Assembly: GCA_937890005.1 (NCBI GenBank)
Contig: CALBZA010000040.1
Span: forward strand, 4,434 to 68,433
DNA from: an uncultured Verrucomicrobia subdivision 3 bacterium
Lineage (GTDB): Bacteria > Verrucomicrobiota > Verrucomicrobiia > Limisphaerales > DASXHY01
Reading direction: 5' to 3'
DNA: 64,000 bases
Shown here: positions 54,043 through 64,000 of the stretch, piece by piece
Numbering within the stretch: position 1 is the first letter of the stretch
How the letters are laid out: the number at the start of each line of letters is the position of its first letter
The notes under the pieces: generated by a model
The model's input: the letters and a program-made list of their open reading frames with translations, nothing else
What the model was told of the DNA's origin: nothing
Databases searched by the model: none
Position numbers and translations under genes: made by a program

Positions 54043-54138
54043 CACAGAAGAAACGAAGAGAACGAAGTGGTGTTTTCAGAAGTTGACCCGGTTGGTAAGT
54101 CGCCTCTCTCTTCTTCGTTCCCTTCGTTTCCTTCTGTG
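54043..54138. repeat. long-stem hairpin repeat, family B, copy 2
   Basis: CACAGAAGAAACGAAGAGAACGAAG (54043-54067) pairs with CTTCTTCGTTCCCTTCGTTTCCTTCTGTG (54110-54138). It lies 100 nt upstream of moxR. Confidence 0.75.
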
Positions 54139-54237
54139 GTGAATCTGCTTTCCGGAGTCAGTTCATGCGGCATTTACCCGAATGTGGGTTGTTCCCACGC
54201 TTGAGTCTGTTCGGGGCACTCCCTAGATTCTCACCCG

Positions 54238-55218
<981 letters not shown>

Positions 55219-55272
55219 AGCTCTTGAAGTCCGTTTGCGATGCCCTTCGTTTTTTGACCTGAAATTTTGATC

Positions 55273-57603
55273 ATGAACCTGAAAACATTCCTGAGCCTCG
55301 TTGCCGTTGCGTCGCTTACCGCCTGCGCAGCGCAATCCAAAAAGGCCGCACCGGTCCAAGCCAGACACACCTTCACCATTGGCACGAACGATTTCCTGCT
55401 CGACGGCAAACCGCTTCAGATTCGTTGCGGTGAAATTCATGCCGCGCGTGTTCCGAAAGAATACTGGCGTCACCGGTTGCAAATGGCCAAGGCGATGGGC
55501 CTGAACACCGTTTGCGCGTATCTCTTCTGGAACATGCACGAGCCGCGTCCGGGTGAATTCAACTGGTCCGGCCAGGCTGACGTTGCGGAGTTTTGCCGCA
55601 TCGCCCAGGAGGAGGGATTGTGGGTGCTTCTGCGGCCCGGTCCGTATTCCTGTGCCGAATGGGAAATGGGCGGACTGCCGTGGTGGCTGTTGAAACACGA
55701 CGACATCCAGCTTCGTTCCCGCGACGCAAATTTTATCGCTGCTGCGAAACGTTATCTCGCCGAAGTCGGCCGTGTGCTTGGCCCGCTGCAGGTCACTCGA
55801 GGCGGACCGATCCTGTTGGTGCAGGTGGAAAATGAATACGGCTTCTATGCCAAGGACGCCGAATACATGGGCGAACTGCGGCAGGCGTTGCTAGATGCGG
55901 GATTCGATGTGCCCCTCTTTGCCTGCAACCCGACGCATGCGCTGAAGAACGGTTATCGCTCCGATCTGTTCCCCGTTGTGAATTTCGGTTCCGATCCGGC
56001 GAATGGATTCCGTGCGTTGCGTGAGATTCTGCCGGTCGGTCCGCTCATGTGCGGTGAATTTTATCCCGGCTGGTTCGACACGTGGGGCTCGCCGCATCAT
56101 TACGGCAAAACCGATCAATACCTGCGCGACCTGGAATACATGCTGAAGGCAAACGGTTCGTTCAGCATTTACATGGCGCATGGCGGAACCACCTTTGGCT
56201 TCTGGACCGGCGCGGATCGTCCCTTCAAGCCGGACACATCGAGCTACGATTACGACGCGCCGATCAGCGAGGCCGGCTGGACAACGGACAAGTTTTTCAA
56301 AACGCGCGAGCTGTTCGCGAAATACCTTTTGCCGGGCGAAACGCTGCCCGAACCGCCTCCGGCCAATCCGTTGACGTCGATCGCGCCGGTCGAAGTGAAG
56401 GAATTCGCGCCGGTGTTTGCGAACCTGCCGAAACCCGTTCGCGACGAAACGCCGCGGAACATGGAAAAGTACGACCAGGACTTCGGCTGCATCTTGTATC
56501 GCACCACGATTCCTGCCGGTCCGGCAGTGACGCTCGAAGCCAGGGCGATTCACGACATCGGGCAGGTGTTTTTGAACGGTGAGCGCATCGGCTTCACCGA
56601 CCGTCGCAGCCGCAATTTCAAAGTTCGGCTTCCTGAACGCTCCGCCGCGGCACAGTTGGACATTCTCGTCGAAGCGATGGGACGCGTGAACTTTGGTGTC
56701 GAGGTGCATGACCGCAAAGGCATTCATGGGCCTGTGACGCTTGGAGGACAAACGCTGACGGGCTGGGAAGTCTTTAATCTTCCGTTGAACGAGAAAATGA
56801 TTCGTGGATTGAAGTTCACCTCCGGAACCCCCAAAGGCCCGGCGTTCTATCGCGTGAAGGTGAATGTCGATAAACCCGCGGATACGTTCCTGGACATGCG
56901 TCCGTGGGGCAAAGGTTTTGCCTGGGTGAACGGACACAACCTCGGCCGCTTCTGGAACATCGGGCCGCAGCAGACCATGTATGTGCCGGGGCCGTGGCTG
57001 AAGAAGGGTGCCAACGAAATCATCATTCTCGATTTGATCGGTCCGGAAAAACCGGTGGTCGCAGCGCTCGAGAAACCGATTCTCGACACGCTTCGTCCGG
57101 AACTCGATTTCGCGACGGTCAAACGGCCCGCAGTCACGCTTCAGCTCGATTCTGCAAAACCGGTGCATTCCGCGGCGTTTGAACCCGGCGCCGGGCAGCA
57201 GGAAATTCGCTTCGCTCAGCCTGTGTCAGGCCGCTTCTTCTGTCTTGAAACACTCAGTGCGCATGATGGAAAGCCGTACGCCGCGGTGGCGGAACTGTCG
57301 TTGCTCGATGCCGACGGCAAGCTGTTGAGCACGGAAGGCTGGACCATCGCCTATGTTGACAGCGAAGAGCGGACACGCGAAGACGGCACCGCGGAGAACG
57401 CGATCGATGGCCAGACGGCGAACTTCTGGCATACGCAATGGGGCGACGCTCAGCCTGCGCATCCGCACCGTCTGATTCTCAATCTTGGCTCGACGAAAAC
57501 GATCAGCGGCTTCCGCTACGTTCCGCGCCAGGGTTCGGGCAGCGTCGGCGGCCGGATCAAGGATTACCGGATTTACGTCGGAGAGGATCTGGTAAAGCCA
57601 TAG
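55273..57603 (+). CDS. beta-galactosidase, GH35, with a C-terminal F5/8 type C (discoidin) domain; lipoprotein
   Basis: Lipobox SLTAC. GEIHAARVPKEYWRHRLQMAKAMGLNTV, VQVENEYG and the C-terminal NAIDGQTANFWHTQW...ISGFRYVPRQ. The track start of 55267 is a TTG. Confidence 0.9.
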   Translation: MNLKTFLSLVAVASLTACAAQSKKAAPVQARHTFTIGTNDFLLDGKPLQIRCGEIHAARVPKEYWRHRLQMAKAMGLNTVCAYLFWNMHEPRPGEFNWSGQADVAEFCRIAQEEGLWVLLRPGPYSCAEWEMGGLPWWLLKHDDIQLRSRDANFIAAAKRYLAEVGRVLGPLQVTRGGPILLVQVENEYGFYAKDAEYMGELRQALLDAGFDVPLFACNPTHALKNGYRSDLFPVVNFGSDPANGFRALREILPVGPLMCGEFYPGWFDTWGSPHHYGKTDQYLRDLEYMLKANGSFSIYMAHGGTTFGFWTGADRPFKPDTSSYDYDAPISEAGWTTDKFFKTRELFAKYLLPGETLPEPPPANPLTSIAPVEVKEFAPVFANLPKPVRDETPRNMEKYDQDFGCILYRTTIPAGPAVTLEARAIHDIGQVFLNGERIGFTDRRSRNFKVRLPERSAAAQLDILVEAMGRVNFGVEVHDRKGIHGPVTLGGQTLTGWEVFNLPLNEKMIRGLKFTSGTPKGPAFYRVKVNVDKPADTFLDMRPWGKGFAWVNGHNLGRFWNIGPQQTMYVPGPWLKKGANEIIILDLIGPEKPVVAALEKPILDTLRPELDFATVKRPAVTLQLDSAKPVHSAAFEPGAGQQEIRFAQPVSGRFFCLETLSAHDGKPYAAVAELSLLDADGKLLSTEGWTIAYVDSEERTREDGTAENAIDGQTANFWHTQWGDAQPAHPHRLILNLGSTKTISGFRYVPRQGSGSVGGRIKDYRIYVGEDLVKP

Positions 57604-57611
57604 GCGTTCTC

Positions 57612-57639
57612 ATTTATGATTTATGATGTTTGATTTATG
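57612..57639. repeat. heptanucleotide array (4 x ATTTATG-like), intergenic
   Basis: atttatg atttatg atgtttg atttatg begins 9 nt after the GH35 stop. An inverted partial copy, tcataaatc, lies at 57699-57707, just before the DUF58 ATG. Confidence 0.8.
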
Positions 57640-57710
57640 ATCTGGATGGTTGAAAACCCACGATGGCGATGTGTTCAAATCATCCATTGTAGATCATAGT
57701 CATAAATCCC

Positions 57711-58649
57711 ATGACTCTCGCCGAGTTGCTTGAAACGGTCCGCCGCGTTGAGGTGCGAACCAACCGGCTCGTGAACGACACGATGGTCGGCGCGTATCTC
57801 AGCCGCTTTCGCGGGCGCGGCATGGACTTCGAGGAACTCCGCGAATACATGCCGGGCGACGATGTGCGGGACATCGATTGGAATGTGACCAATCGCATGG
57901 GCCGGCCGTTCGTAAAGCGCTTCCGCGAGGAACGCGAGCTGGCCATGGTGCTCGCGGTCGATGTTTCGGCTTCGTCATCGTTCGGTTCCGGCGAGCGGAC
58001 CAAGCGCGAGTTTGCCACGGAGGTCTCCGCCACACTGGCTATCTCCGCTGCGCGCAGCAGTGACAAGGTCGCGCTGCTTCTCTTTTCCGACCAGGTGGAG
58101 CTGTTCGTTCCGCCGCGGAAGGGAAGGCGGCACATTCTGCGGCTGTTGCGAGAAATGCTTACGCTGCAGCCGCGCGGACGTGGTACGAACATTCCCGCGG
58201 CGCTCACGTTTCTCAATCATGTGCTGCATCGACGGGCGCTCGTTTTTCTGCTCACGGATTTCCTTCACAGCATGGACGCCGACGCGATCAACCGGGTGTT
58301 GAACCGGCTGCCTGGAGATCATTCGCGCGATGTCTTTCATGAAGTGGGACTCACCAATTCGCGTCATGACCTGGTTTGCGTTCATCTGCACGACCGGTTG
58401 GAAAGTGAATTTCCGGCAGCGGGAATGGTGACGCTTGAGGATGCGGAAACCGGCGAGCTGTTCGAGTTCGATTCGTCGCGTCAGCCGGTTCGACGCCAGT
58501 TCACAGAAAACAATCAACGCCGACTGATGGAACTCGACACGGCATTGCGTCATGCCGGTGTGGACACGTTGCGTCTGAATTCCGGCGAACCATTCGCTCA
58601 CGCATTGCAGCGCTTTTTCGAGCTGCGCCGCGGCAGGAGGCGCGGATGA
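57711..58649 (+). CDS. DUF58 domain-containing protein
   Basis: GAYLSRFRGRGMDFEELREYMPGDDVRDIDWNVT is the DUF58 signature, in the Bat-operon context. Confidence 0.85.
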   Translation: MTLAELLETVRRVEVRTNRLVNDTMVGAYLSRFRGRGMDFEELREYMPGDDVRDIDWNVTNRMGRPFVKRFREERELAMVLAVDVSASSSFGSGERTKREFATEVSATLAISAARSSDKVALLLFSDQVELFVPPRKGRRHILRLLREMLTLQPRGRGTNIPAALTFLNHVLHRRALVFLLTDFLHSMDADAINRVLNRLPGDHSRDVFHEVGLTNSRHDLVCVHLHDRLESEFPAAGMVTLEDAETGELFEFDSSRQPVRRQFTENNQRRLMELDTALRHAGVDTLRLNSGEPFAHALQRFFELRRGRRRG

Positions 58650-59314
58650 GCTTGCGGTCGGGGCGACAAGGCGGCTGGGAGGCAGGTTTTCGAGCCTGTT
58701 GGTGCAGGCTGGAATACCTGCGCTACACGTGGATCGCTTTGCTCGCATTTTTTGCTTCGTCGGTTTCCGCGCCTGCGCAGGGCACAAACGGTCCTCGCAT
58801 CGGCAACGTTTCCTTGCATCCGCCGCATCCGGAAATTCCACCGGGCATCTGGGAACAACATTGGCCATGGATCATTGGCGCCGTGGTTCTGATGGCGCTG
58901 ATTGCTACCGCGGCCGTTCACTGGTTGCGAAAGGAACCGCTGCCGGTCGTTGAACCGATCGAATCCCGCACACGCCGCGAGCTGGTGATGCTGGTGAATC
59001 ACGCGCCCAGTGCGCAAACACTCAGCAATGTGACCCGCTGCCTTCGAGTTTATTTGTCCGGCGCTTTCGGATTGCCGCCAGAGGAATTGACCACAAGCGA
59101 ACTCGGCCAGGCGATCGAGTCGAATGGGATGCTGGAAGCCGAACTCAAGTCGCGCCTGATCCAATGGTTTTCAGAAGCGGATCAGCTTAAGTTTGCGCCA
59201 GCTCGGAATATTGCTCCGGAACGACTGCGTCAGGCTCAAGTGTTGTTTGAACAATGTGAACAGCGACGCGCGGCGCTTCAGCAGGCCGCGACGAAACCTC
59301 CTGTGAACCGGTGA
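58646..59314 (+). CDS. hypothetical membrane protein (DUF4381-like Bat-operon component)
   Basis: ATGA overlap with the DUF58 stop. One TM (WPWIIGAVVLMALIATAAVHWL) followed by a helical domain ending in ..DQLKFAP. The family call is tentative. Confidence 0.5.
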   Translation: MSLRSGRQGGWEAGFRACWCRLEYLRYTWIALLAFFASSVSAPAQGTNGPRIGNVSLHPPHPEIPPGIWEQHWPWIIGAVVLMALIATAAVHWLRKEPLPVVEPIESRTRRELVMLVNHAPSAQTLSNVTRCLRVYLSGAFGLPPEELTTSELGQAIESNGMLEAELKSRLIQWFSEADQLKFAPARNIAPERLRQAQVLFEQCEQRRAALQQAATKPPVNR

Positions 59315-60351
59315 ACAGCAGCTTCGAATTTCAATATCCCTGGCTGCTGGCGCTCCTTGCACTGCTGCCGATTTACAGCCTGCTGCGCGGGCGTGTCGGT
59401 CGGCATTCGTCGATCCGTTTTTCCAGCTCAGAAGTGATTCGCGCGGTTGGCGCCCAGGCGCGATCGGCCGCGGGACGGCTGCTTTTCTTTCTGCGCCTGC
59501 TCGCAGTGGCGTTCTGCATCATTGCACTGGCCGGACCGCGCTTTGCCGATCATCGCACCGAAACGCAGACGAGCGGCATCGACATCATGCTCGTGCTTGA
59601 TTTGTCGTGGTCGATGATGGCGCTCGACATGAGTCCGCCGGGCGAGCGTGTGACGCGTTATGACATAGCGTCGAGCGTCATCAAGGATTTCATTCGAAAA
59701 CGGCCGGATGATCGCATCGGGCTCATTGTTTTCTCGCAGGTGCCGTATCTCGCCAGTCCGCTGACGTTGAATCACGACTGGCTGATCCAGAACATCGATC
59801 GCATGCACATCGGGATGATTCGCGAACTCGGCACTGCCATCGGCGACGCGACCGCATCTGCGGCCAAACGGTTGAAGGCGTCCAAGGACAGCAAAAGCCG
59901 CGTCATCATTTTGCTCACTGACGGCGACAACAACCGCGGTGACATCGATCCCATTCCTGCCGCGCAACTCGCCGGCGCGTTGGGAGCGAAGATTTACACG
60001 ATCGGCATCGGTGTCGAAGAGCCGTGTCAGTTGCCCGCGTTCGAACCTTCCACCGGCAAACTGCTTCTCGGTCCGAATGGCGAGATCAAGTGGACGCTCG
60101 TTCTTCAGCCGGCGAATTATTCTGTGCTCAGCAGGATGTCGGCGTTGTCCGGAGCGAAATCGTATCGCGCGAAGAATCGTCAGGAACTGGAGAACATTTA
60201 CAACGAAATCGATCGTCAGGAAAAAACCGAGGTCAAACTCCGTCGTTACACCACCTACACGCCGCTGTTTCAATGGCCGTTGCTGGCAGGATTCGGATTG
60301 CTCGCGCTGGAGTTGATCCTGGGCCACACGCGTTACAGGAGGATTCCATGA
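59311..60351 (+). CDS. batA: VWA domain-containing protein BatA
   Basis: GTGA overlap with the upstream stop. N-terminal FQYPWLLALLALLPIY, a VWA MIDAS motif (DIMLVLDLSWSM) and a C-terminal TM. Confidence 0.85.
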   Translation: MNSSFEFQYPWLLALLALLPIYSLLRGRVGRHSSIRFSSSEVIRAVGAQARSAAGRLLFFLRLLAVAFCIIALAGPRFADHRTETQTSGIDIMLVLDLSWSMMALDMSPPGERVTRYDIASSVIKDFIRKRPDDRIGLIVFSQVPYLASPLTLNHDWLIQNIDRMHIGMIRELGTAIGDATASAAKRLKASKDSKSRVIILLTDGDNNRGDIDPIPAAQLAGALGAKIYTIGIGVEEPCQLPAFEPSTGKLLLGPNGEIKWTLVLQPANYSVLSRMSALSGAKSYRAKNRQELENIYNEIDRQEKTEVKLRRYTTYTPLFQWPLLAGFGLLALELILGHTRYRRIP

Positions 60352-61367
60352 ACTGGACCGATCCTCATTTCGCGGAGCCGCAATGGCTATGGCTGGCGGG
60401 ACTTGGTCCGGTGTTGCTGATTGCACTGATGATTTACGCAGCTGCGGCGAGGCGGAGACAGCTTCGGGCCATAGCATCGGCGGAACGCGTTGCGGATCTG
60501 ACCCGTTCTCACAGTTCGATTCGTCGGATTGTGAAGAATGTCCTGCTGGTGCTGGCGGTTCTGGGCATTGGACTGGCCCTCGCGCGGCCGCAGTGGGGCG
60601 TGCATGAGTTTGCCGTGCAGGAGCTGGATGAAGACGTGATTTTCGTGATGGATTGTTCGCGCAGCATGCTGGCCACGGACATCGCGCCGAATCGACTGGA
60701 GCGCGCGAAGCTCGCCGTTCTGGATTTCGTGCATCGACAGCAGCGCGGACGCGTCGGGCTTGTGGCTTTCGCGGGGCAGGCATTTCTTCAATGCCCGCTT
60801 ACGTTCGATCACGACGCATTTGAGGAATCGCTGCGTGCAATTGATGACAAAACGATTTCACTCGCAGGAACCGACATTGGCCGCGCTTTGGAGGAGGCGT
60901 ATCGCGGCATGGAAACCAACAAGAGCCGGAAGGTGATCGTGCTGCTGACTGATGGCGAAGACCTGGAGCAATCCGGCATCAAGACAGCCGAAGCGCTCGC
61001 GAAGCAGGGCGTGGTGGTGTTCACGATCGGCGTGGGAACTGCCACGGGCGCGGAGATCCGGACAATGAACGAGCAGAACGTGCTGGAGACGGTCCGCGAC
61101 AAGGATGGCACGCCGGTGCGCAGCAAGCTCGACGAAGATACGCTCCGTGCGATCGCGACGGTGACAAAGGGGAATTACTATCCGCTCGGCGGACTTGGAG
61201 AAGGACTGGCGAAGGTGCGATTGTCGATGGATGTCATCGATGCGGAATCGCGCCGTGTTCCATTGCGAAAGTTTGGCATCGATCGATTCCATTATTTTGT
61301 CGGCGTCGTGTTACTGTGCCTCGTCGCGGAATCGTTGATGGGAACGAGGCGAAAAAGGGGTGAGTGA
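60348..61367 (+). CDS. batB: VWA domain-containing protein BatB
   Basis: I trimmed the track start of 60024 to ATG 60348 (ATGA overlap). FAEPQWLWLAGLGPVLL, a MIDAS motif (DVIFVMDCSRSM) and a C-terminal TM. Confidence 0.85.
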   Translation: MNWTDPHFAEPQWLWLAGLGPVLLIALMIYAAAARRRQLRAIASAERVADLTRSHSSIRRIVKNVLLVLAVLGIGLALARPQWGVHEFAVQELDEDVIFVMDCSRSMLATDIAPNRLERAKLAVLDFVHRQQRGRVGLVAFAGQAFLQCPLTFDHDAFEESLRAIDDKTISLAGTDIGRALEEAYRGMETNKSRKVIVLLTDGEDLEQSGIKTAEALAKQGVVVFTIGVGTATGAEIRTMNEQNVLETVRDKDGTPVRSKLDEDTLRAIATVTKGNYYPLGGLGEGLAKVRLSMDVIDAESRRVPLRKFGIDRFHYFVGVVLLCLVAESLMGTRRKRGE

Positions 61368-61374
61368 TTGAGTC

Positions 61375-62403
61375 ATGAAGGTCACAATGAGAGAACCGAA
61401 GGCCGGAAATATTCGCAGTTGTTTGCTGCCTGCGATGTTCTTCGTGCTGTCTTCGTTCTTCGGGAACCTTGTTACTGTAGCGGCTAAGCCGGTGTTCATG
61501 GATTTCACCAATGCACCCGCCTCCGCATCAGCCATCGTGACCGAGCCGGAGCCGCGATCGACGCGTGAGATTTTCAATCTCGGAACCCGGAAGCTTCGAG
61601 CCGGTCAGCTGGCCGAGGCGGAGACGCGGTTTCAACAGGTGTTGCAGGCGCAGGAGGAAAAGCTTCAACCGGCGGCACTCTACAATCTCGGGCACACCCG
61701 CTTCGAGCAGGGAGCGCTGGAGCTGAAGAAATCGTCGGACCCGGCACAAGTCGCTGCGCGAGGACGGGCTGCCGCGCAAACGGCGGATCGTGCGGCGGAT
61801 CGGGCGCGCGACGCGGCTTTGGGAAATGATCTTCCCGAGATGCTTGCGGCGTATGTGAACGGACGCGGCGCACGGCGTGAATTGAAGGCGGCGACAGAAG
61901 CGGTGAAGCGTGCCCTTGAACTGCACGGTGCGGCGCTCAGGAAATGGCAGCGTTCAGCCGCGGATTTCCGGAGCGCGGCGGAGTTGAATCCGAAGGACAC
62001 CAACGCACTGCGCAACGCGCAACTTGTGGAAGGTGAAATTGCGAAGCTTGTGGACAGCATCCGCGAAATGCAGCAGGCGCAACAGGCCATGGCCCAGAGC
62101 CGTCAGGGCTTGCAGGAAATGATGAGGCAACTGGGTGGAAGAATTCCGGAATCGATGATGCCGCCGGGCGCGCGTGGTGAGGATGAGGAAGATGAAGAGG
62201 GGGAGAACGGTGACGAAGAGCCGCCGGAACAGACGCCCGGACTTCAACAGGGCAAAGGACGTGAAGGGGACGAAATGAAACTCACGCCGGAGGAAGCGGG
62301 CTGGATTCTCGACAGTCTCAAGGGGGACAGCGACCGTCGGCTGCCAATGGGGCAGGGAGACACTTCCGAGCCACGCAACAAGGACAGGACGCGGACGTGG
62401 TGA
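61375..62403 (+). CDS. TPR-like BatC-type protein with an acidic C-terminal region
   Basis: TPR-like AEAETRFQQVLQAQEEKLQPAALYNLGHTRFEQG, and further on GEDEEDEEGENGDEEPPEQ. The call rests partly on its position between batB and batD. Confidence 0.6.
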   Translation: MKVTMREPKAGNIRSCLLPAMFFVLSSFFGNLVTVAAKPVFMDFTNAPASASAIVTEPEPRSTREIFNLGTRKLRAGQLAEAETRFQQVLQAQEEKLQPAALYNLGHTRFEQGALELKKSSDPAQVAARGRAAAQTADRAADRARDAALGNDLPEMLAAYVNGRGARRELKAATEAVKRALELHGAALRKWQRSAADFRSAAELNPKDTNALRNAQLVEGEIAKLVDSIREMQQAQQAMAQSRQGLQEMMRQLGGRIPESMMPPGARGEDEEDEEGENGDEEPPEQTPGLQQGKGREGDEMKLTPEEAGWILDSLKGDSDRRLPMGQGDTSEPRNKDRTRTW

Positions 62404-64000
62404 TGAAGCGCATTCGACATTTTCTCGCAAAGGTCAAACCGCTCGGCCTGGTTGTGGCCGTGTTTGCGGTTGTTTCCACGGTAGTGGCACAACCTGGCAC
62501 GCCGAACACGATGCCGCCGATCGATCCGTTGTTGCAGTTGATGATGACCCAGCCGTCGATCGACATTTCGACGAACACGGAAATCACTGCGGTTTTCGAT
62601 CCGCCGGTCGTTCGACCGGGAGATGTTTCTATCTGGCGGGTGGCGATCAACGCGTTGAACGATTCGGTTGATTGGACCAATGCCGTTCCATTTCCACCCG
62701 GCCTCGTCGCCACGCAGAGCGCGCGCGGACTGTTCCTGAATCCGACGGAAGGCAAACTGAAACCGATTACCGGTTTGAACTATCGGGTTCGCGCCACTGC
62801 CGAAGGTGTGTTCACGATTCCGTCGTTTGAGGTTCAGGTGTATGGCCGCGCTGTGACAGTTCCCGCGTCGAAACTCGAAGTGAATCGCTTCGCTCCGGTT
62901 TCGGCGCCTCAGTCGATCAGCGTGGAACTTGCGGAGAACGAAGCTTACATCGGACAACCGGTGAAAGCTGCCGTGCTGTTGAGAGCGGCGCGTGGCGGAC
63001 AGGTTCAATTTCTCCAGGAAGTGAAGTTGAACGGCGAAGGTTTTCTCGTCGATCTCGGCAGCTCACGACAGTCGATCAGCACAGTTCGCGGATCCGACGG
63101 CGCGCCTGTGGCGGCGTATGCTTATGAAACGATGATCACACCATTGCGTGCCGGGCAGCTGGAGGTTTCGGCTCAGGGATTTACGGCAGGAAACCGGGTT
63201 GCCGGGGCGATCATCATTCAGGGACAGGTGACAATTCCCGGCGGACCGCCGCGCTTCGACCTGCTGGATGCGGAGCCGGTGATTCTCCGGGCGAAGCCAT
63301 TGCCGAAGGAGGGGGAACTGCCCGGATTTCAGGGAGCGATCGGATTGTTTTCGAACTCGCCGCCGAAACTTTCGACAAACGTGGTGCGCGTCGGCGATGT
63401 TGTGAAGCTGACCGTTTCGTTCAGTGGCGAAGGAAACCTCGCTCGTCTCGCTCCGCCCCGGCCGCCGGTCGGCGCCAACTGGCAGGTTTTTGAAGCTCAA
63501 CGCGGGCCGACGGAGATGATTCCGGGCACACGGATTCTGTATCCGGCCAATTCGGCGATTTTCACCTTCCGAATGATTCCGCTCACGACCGAGGTCACGG
63601 CGACGCCGGCAATTCCATTCAGCTATTTTGATCCGCATCGCGGAGTTTACGTCGATGCCACAGTGCCGCCGCAGCCGGTTAAGGTGTTGCCGGATGAAGG
63701 TGAATCGGACAGCCGCGTGATGGCCGCGCTTGCGGAAAATGCGTCGGCGAAACAAAAACCACTCAGGCTCGCAGATGTGACATCACGGCCGGGCATGGCA
63801 TCGGCGTCGCTGGCACCGCTGCAGAAGCGGGGCTGGTTCGTGGTTGTGCAGGCGGTGCCGTTGTTGGGATTGCTTGGAATCTGGCAATGGGATCGGCGAC
63901 GACGATTTCATGAGCTGCATCCGGAAGTGAAGATTCGTCGTCGGGCGCGAAAAGTTTTCAGGCGGGAACGTCGTTCGATTCGGGCCGCCTTGAGTGCGCG
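62403..64000 (+). CDS. batD: BatD-like (oxygen tolerance) protein, 3' end cut by window edge
   Basis: Not in the ORF track because there is no stop within the window. Translation from ATG 62403 (overlapping the TGA by 1 nt) gives MKRIRHFLAKVKPLGLVVAVFAVVSTVVAQ (signal), long beta-rich repeats, then a TM (WFVVVQAVPLLGLLGIW) near 63830-63890. This is the BatD architecture. Confidence 0.7.
   Translation, partial: MKRIRHFLAKVKPLGLVVAVFAVVSTVVAQPGTPNTMPPIDPLLQLMMTQPSIDISTNTEITAVFDPPVVRPGDVSIWRVAINALNDSVDWTNAVPFPPGLVATQSARGLFLNPTEGKLKPITGLNYRVRATAEGVFTIPSFEVQVYGRAVTVPASKLEVNRFAPVSAPQSISVELAENEAYIGQPVKAAVLLRAARGGQVQFLQEVKLNGEGFLVDLGSSRQSISTVRGSDGAPVAAYAYETMITPLRAGQLEVSAQGFTAGNRVAGAIIIQGQVTIPGGPPRFDLLDAEPVILRAKPLPKEGELPGFQGAIGLFSNSPPKLSTNVVRVGDVVKLTVSFSGEGNLARLAPPRPPVGANWQVFEAQRGPTEMIPGTRILYPANSAIFTFRMIPLTTEVTATPAIPFSYFDPHRGVYVDATVPPQPVKVLPDEGESDSRVMAALAENASAKQKPLRLADVTSRPGMASASLAPLQKRGWFVVVQAVPLLGLLGIWQWDRRRRFHELHPEVKIRRRARKVFRRERRSIRAALSA

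Noticed and set aside
55891-57168. A 425-aa minus-strand ORF.
   Set aside because: It is antisense to the GH35 beta-galactosidase gene, and its composition is low-complexity and Arg-rich. For the same reason I rejected 16780..18027 (-), 8224..9486 (-), 59428..60783 (-), 4711..5850 (-), 23630..25111 (+), 34976..35905 (-), 54415..55698 (-) and most other overlapping track entries.

Overview
This is a gene-dense, GC-rich 64-kb chromosomal window with about 52 protein genes and one tRNA-Gln. I found no rRNA, CRISPR array, transposase or integrase. The gene families suggest a PVC-superphylum bacterium, probably Verrucomicrobiota-like. That inference rests on a PSCyt/PSD + DUF1552 gene pair, a pseudopilin-type LLPALAKAK..C.N..KQIGLA motif, and a MoxR-DUF58-BatA-BatB-TPR-BatD operon; it is not a database hit.

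Functional themes:
- Plant cell-wall side-chain degradation: GH51 arabinofuranosidase, GH43, a tandem-CE12 esterase translationally coupled to a PL11 rhamnogalacturonan lyase, and a GH35 beta-galactosidase.
- Helicases: SWIM-SNF2 and HrpB.
- Oxidative-stress genes: Mn catalase, DUF2892, DUF2243 and the Bat operon.
- A MacAB-type ABC efflux set.
- An LplT-PlsC-Aas fusion.
- A GH57/DUF3536 glucan enzyme.

Most worth a second look:
1. Phase-locked heptanucleotide tandem arrays (units CAATCGC / CAATCCG / GAAACTC / ATTTATG). They occur in intergenic DNA and also in-frame inside three conserved enzymes (SNF2, HrpB, Zn-ADH). Every unit found inside a CDS is stop-free in all six frames.
2. A same-strand, tightly packed run of uncharacterised genes at 4397-11806. 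Its core (6474-11806) is five genes, mostly polytopic membrane proteins, with two ATGA-coupled junctions and a tandem paralogue pair. This is my best candidate for an undescribed system, but I cannot assign a function.
3. Three families of hairpin or MITE-like intergenic repeats, two of them present in two copies each.
4. An apparent 1-nt frameshift in a DUF3574 lipoprotein gene.
5. A GH35 gene inserted between moxR and the DUF58 gene of the Bat operon.
6. A DUF3352-like lipoprotein carrying an internal pseudopilin-like module.

Many ORF-track entries are antisense shadow ORFs or carry 5' extensions from alternative start codons. I trimmed starts where the sequence supported it.
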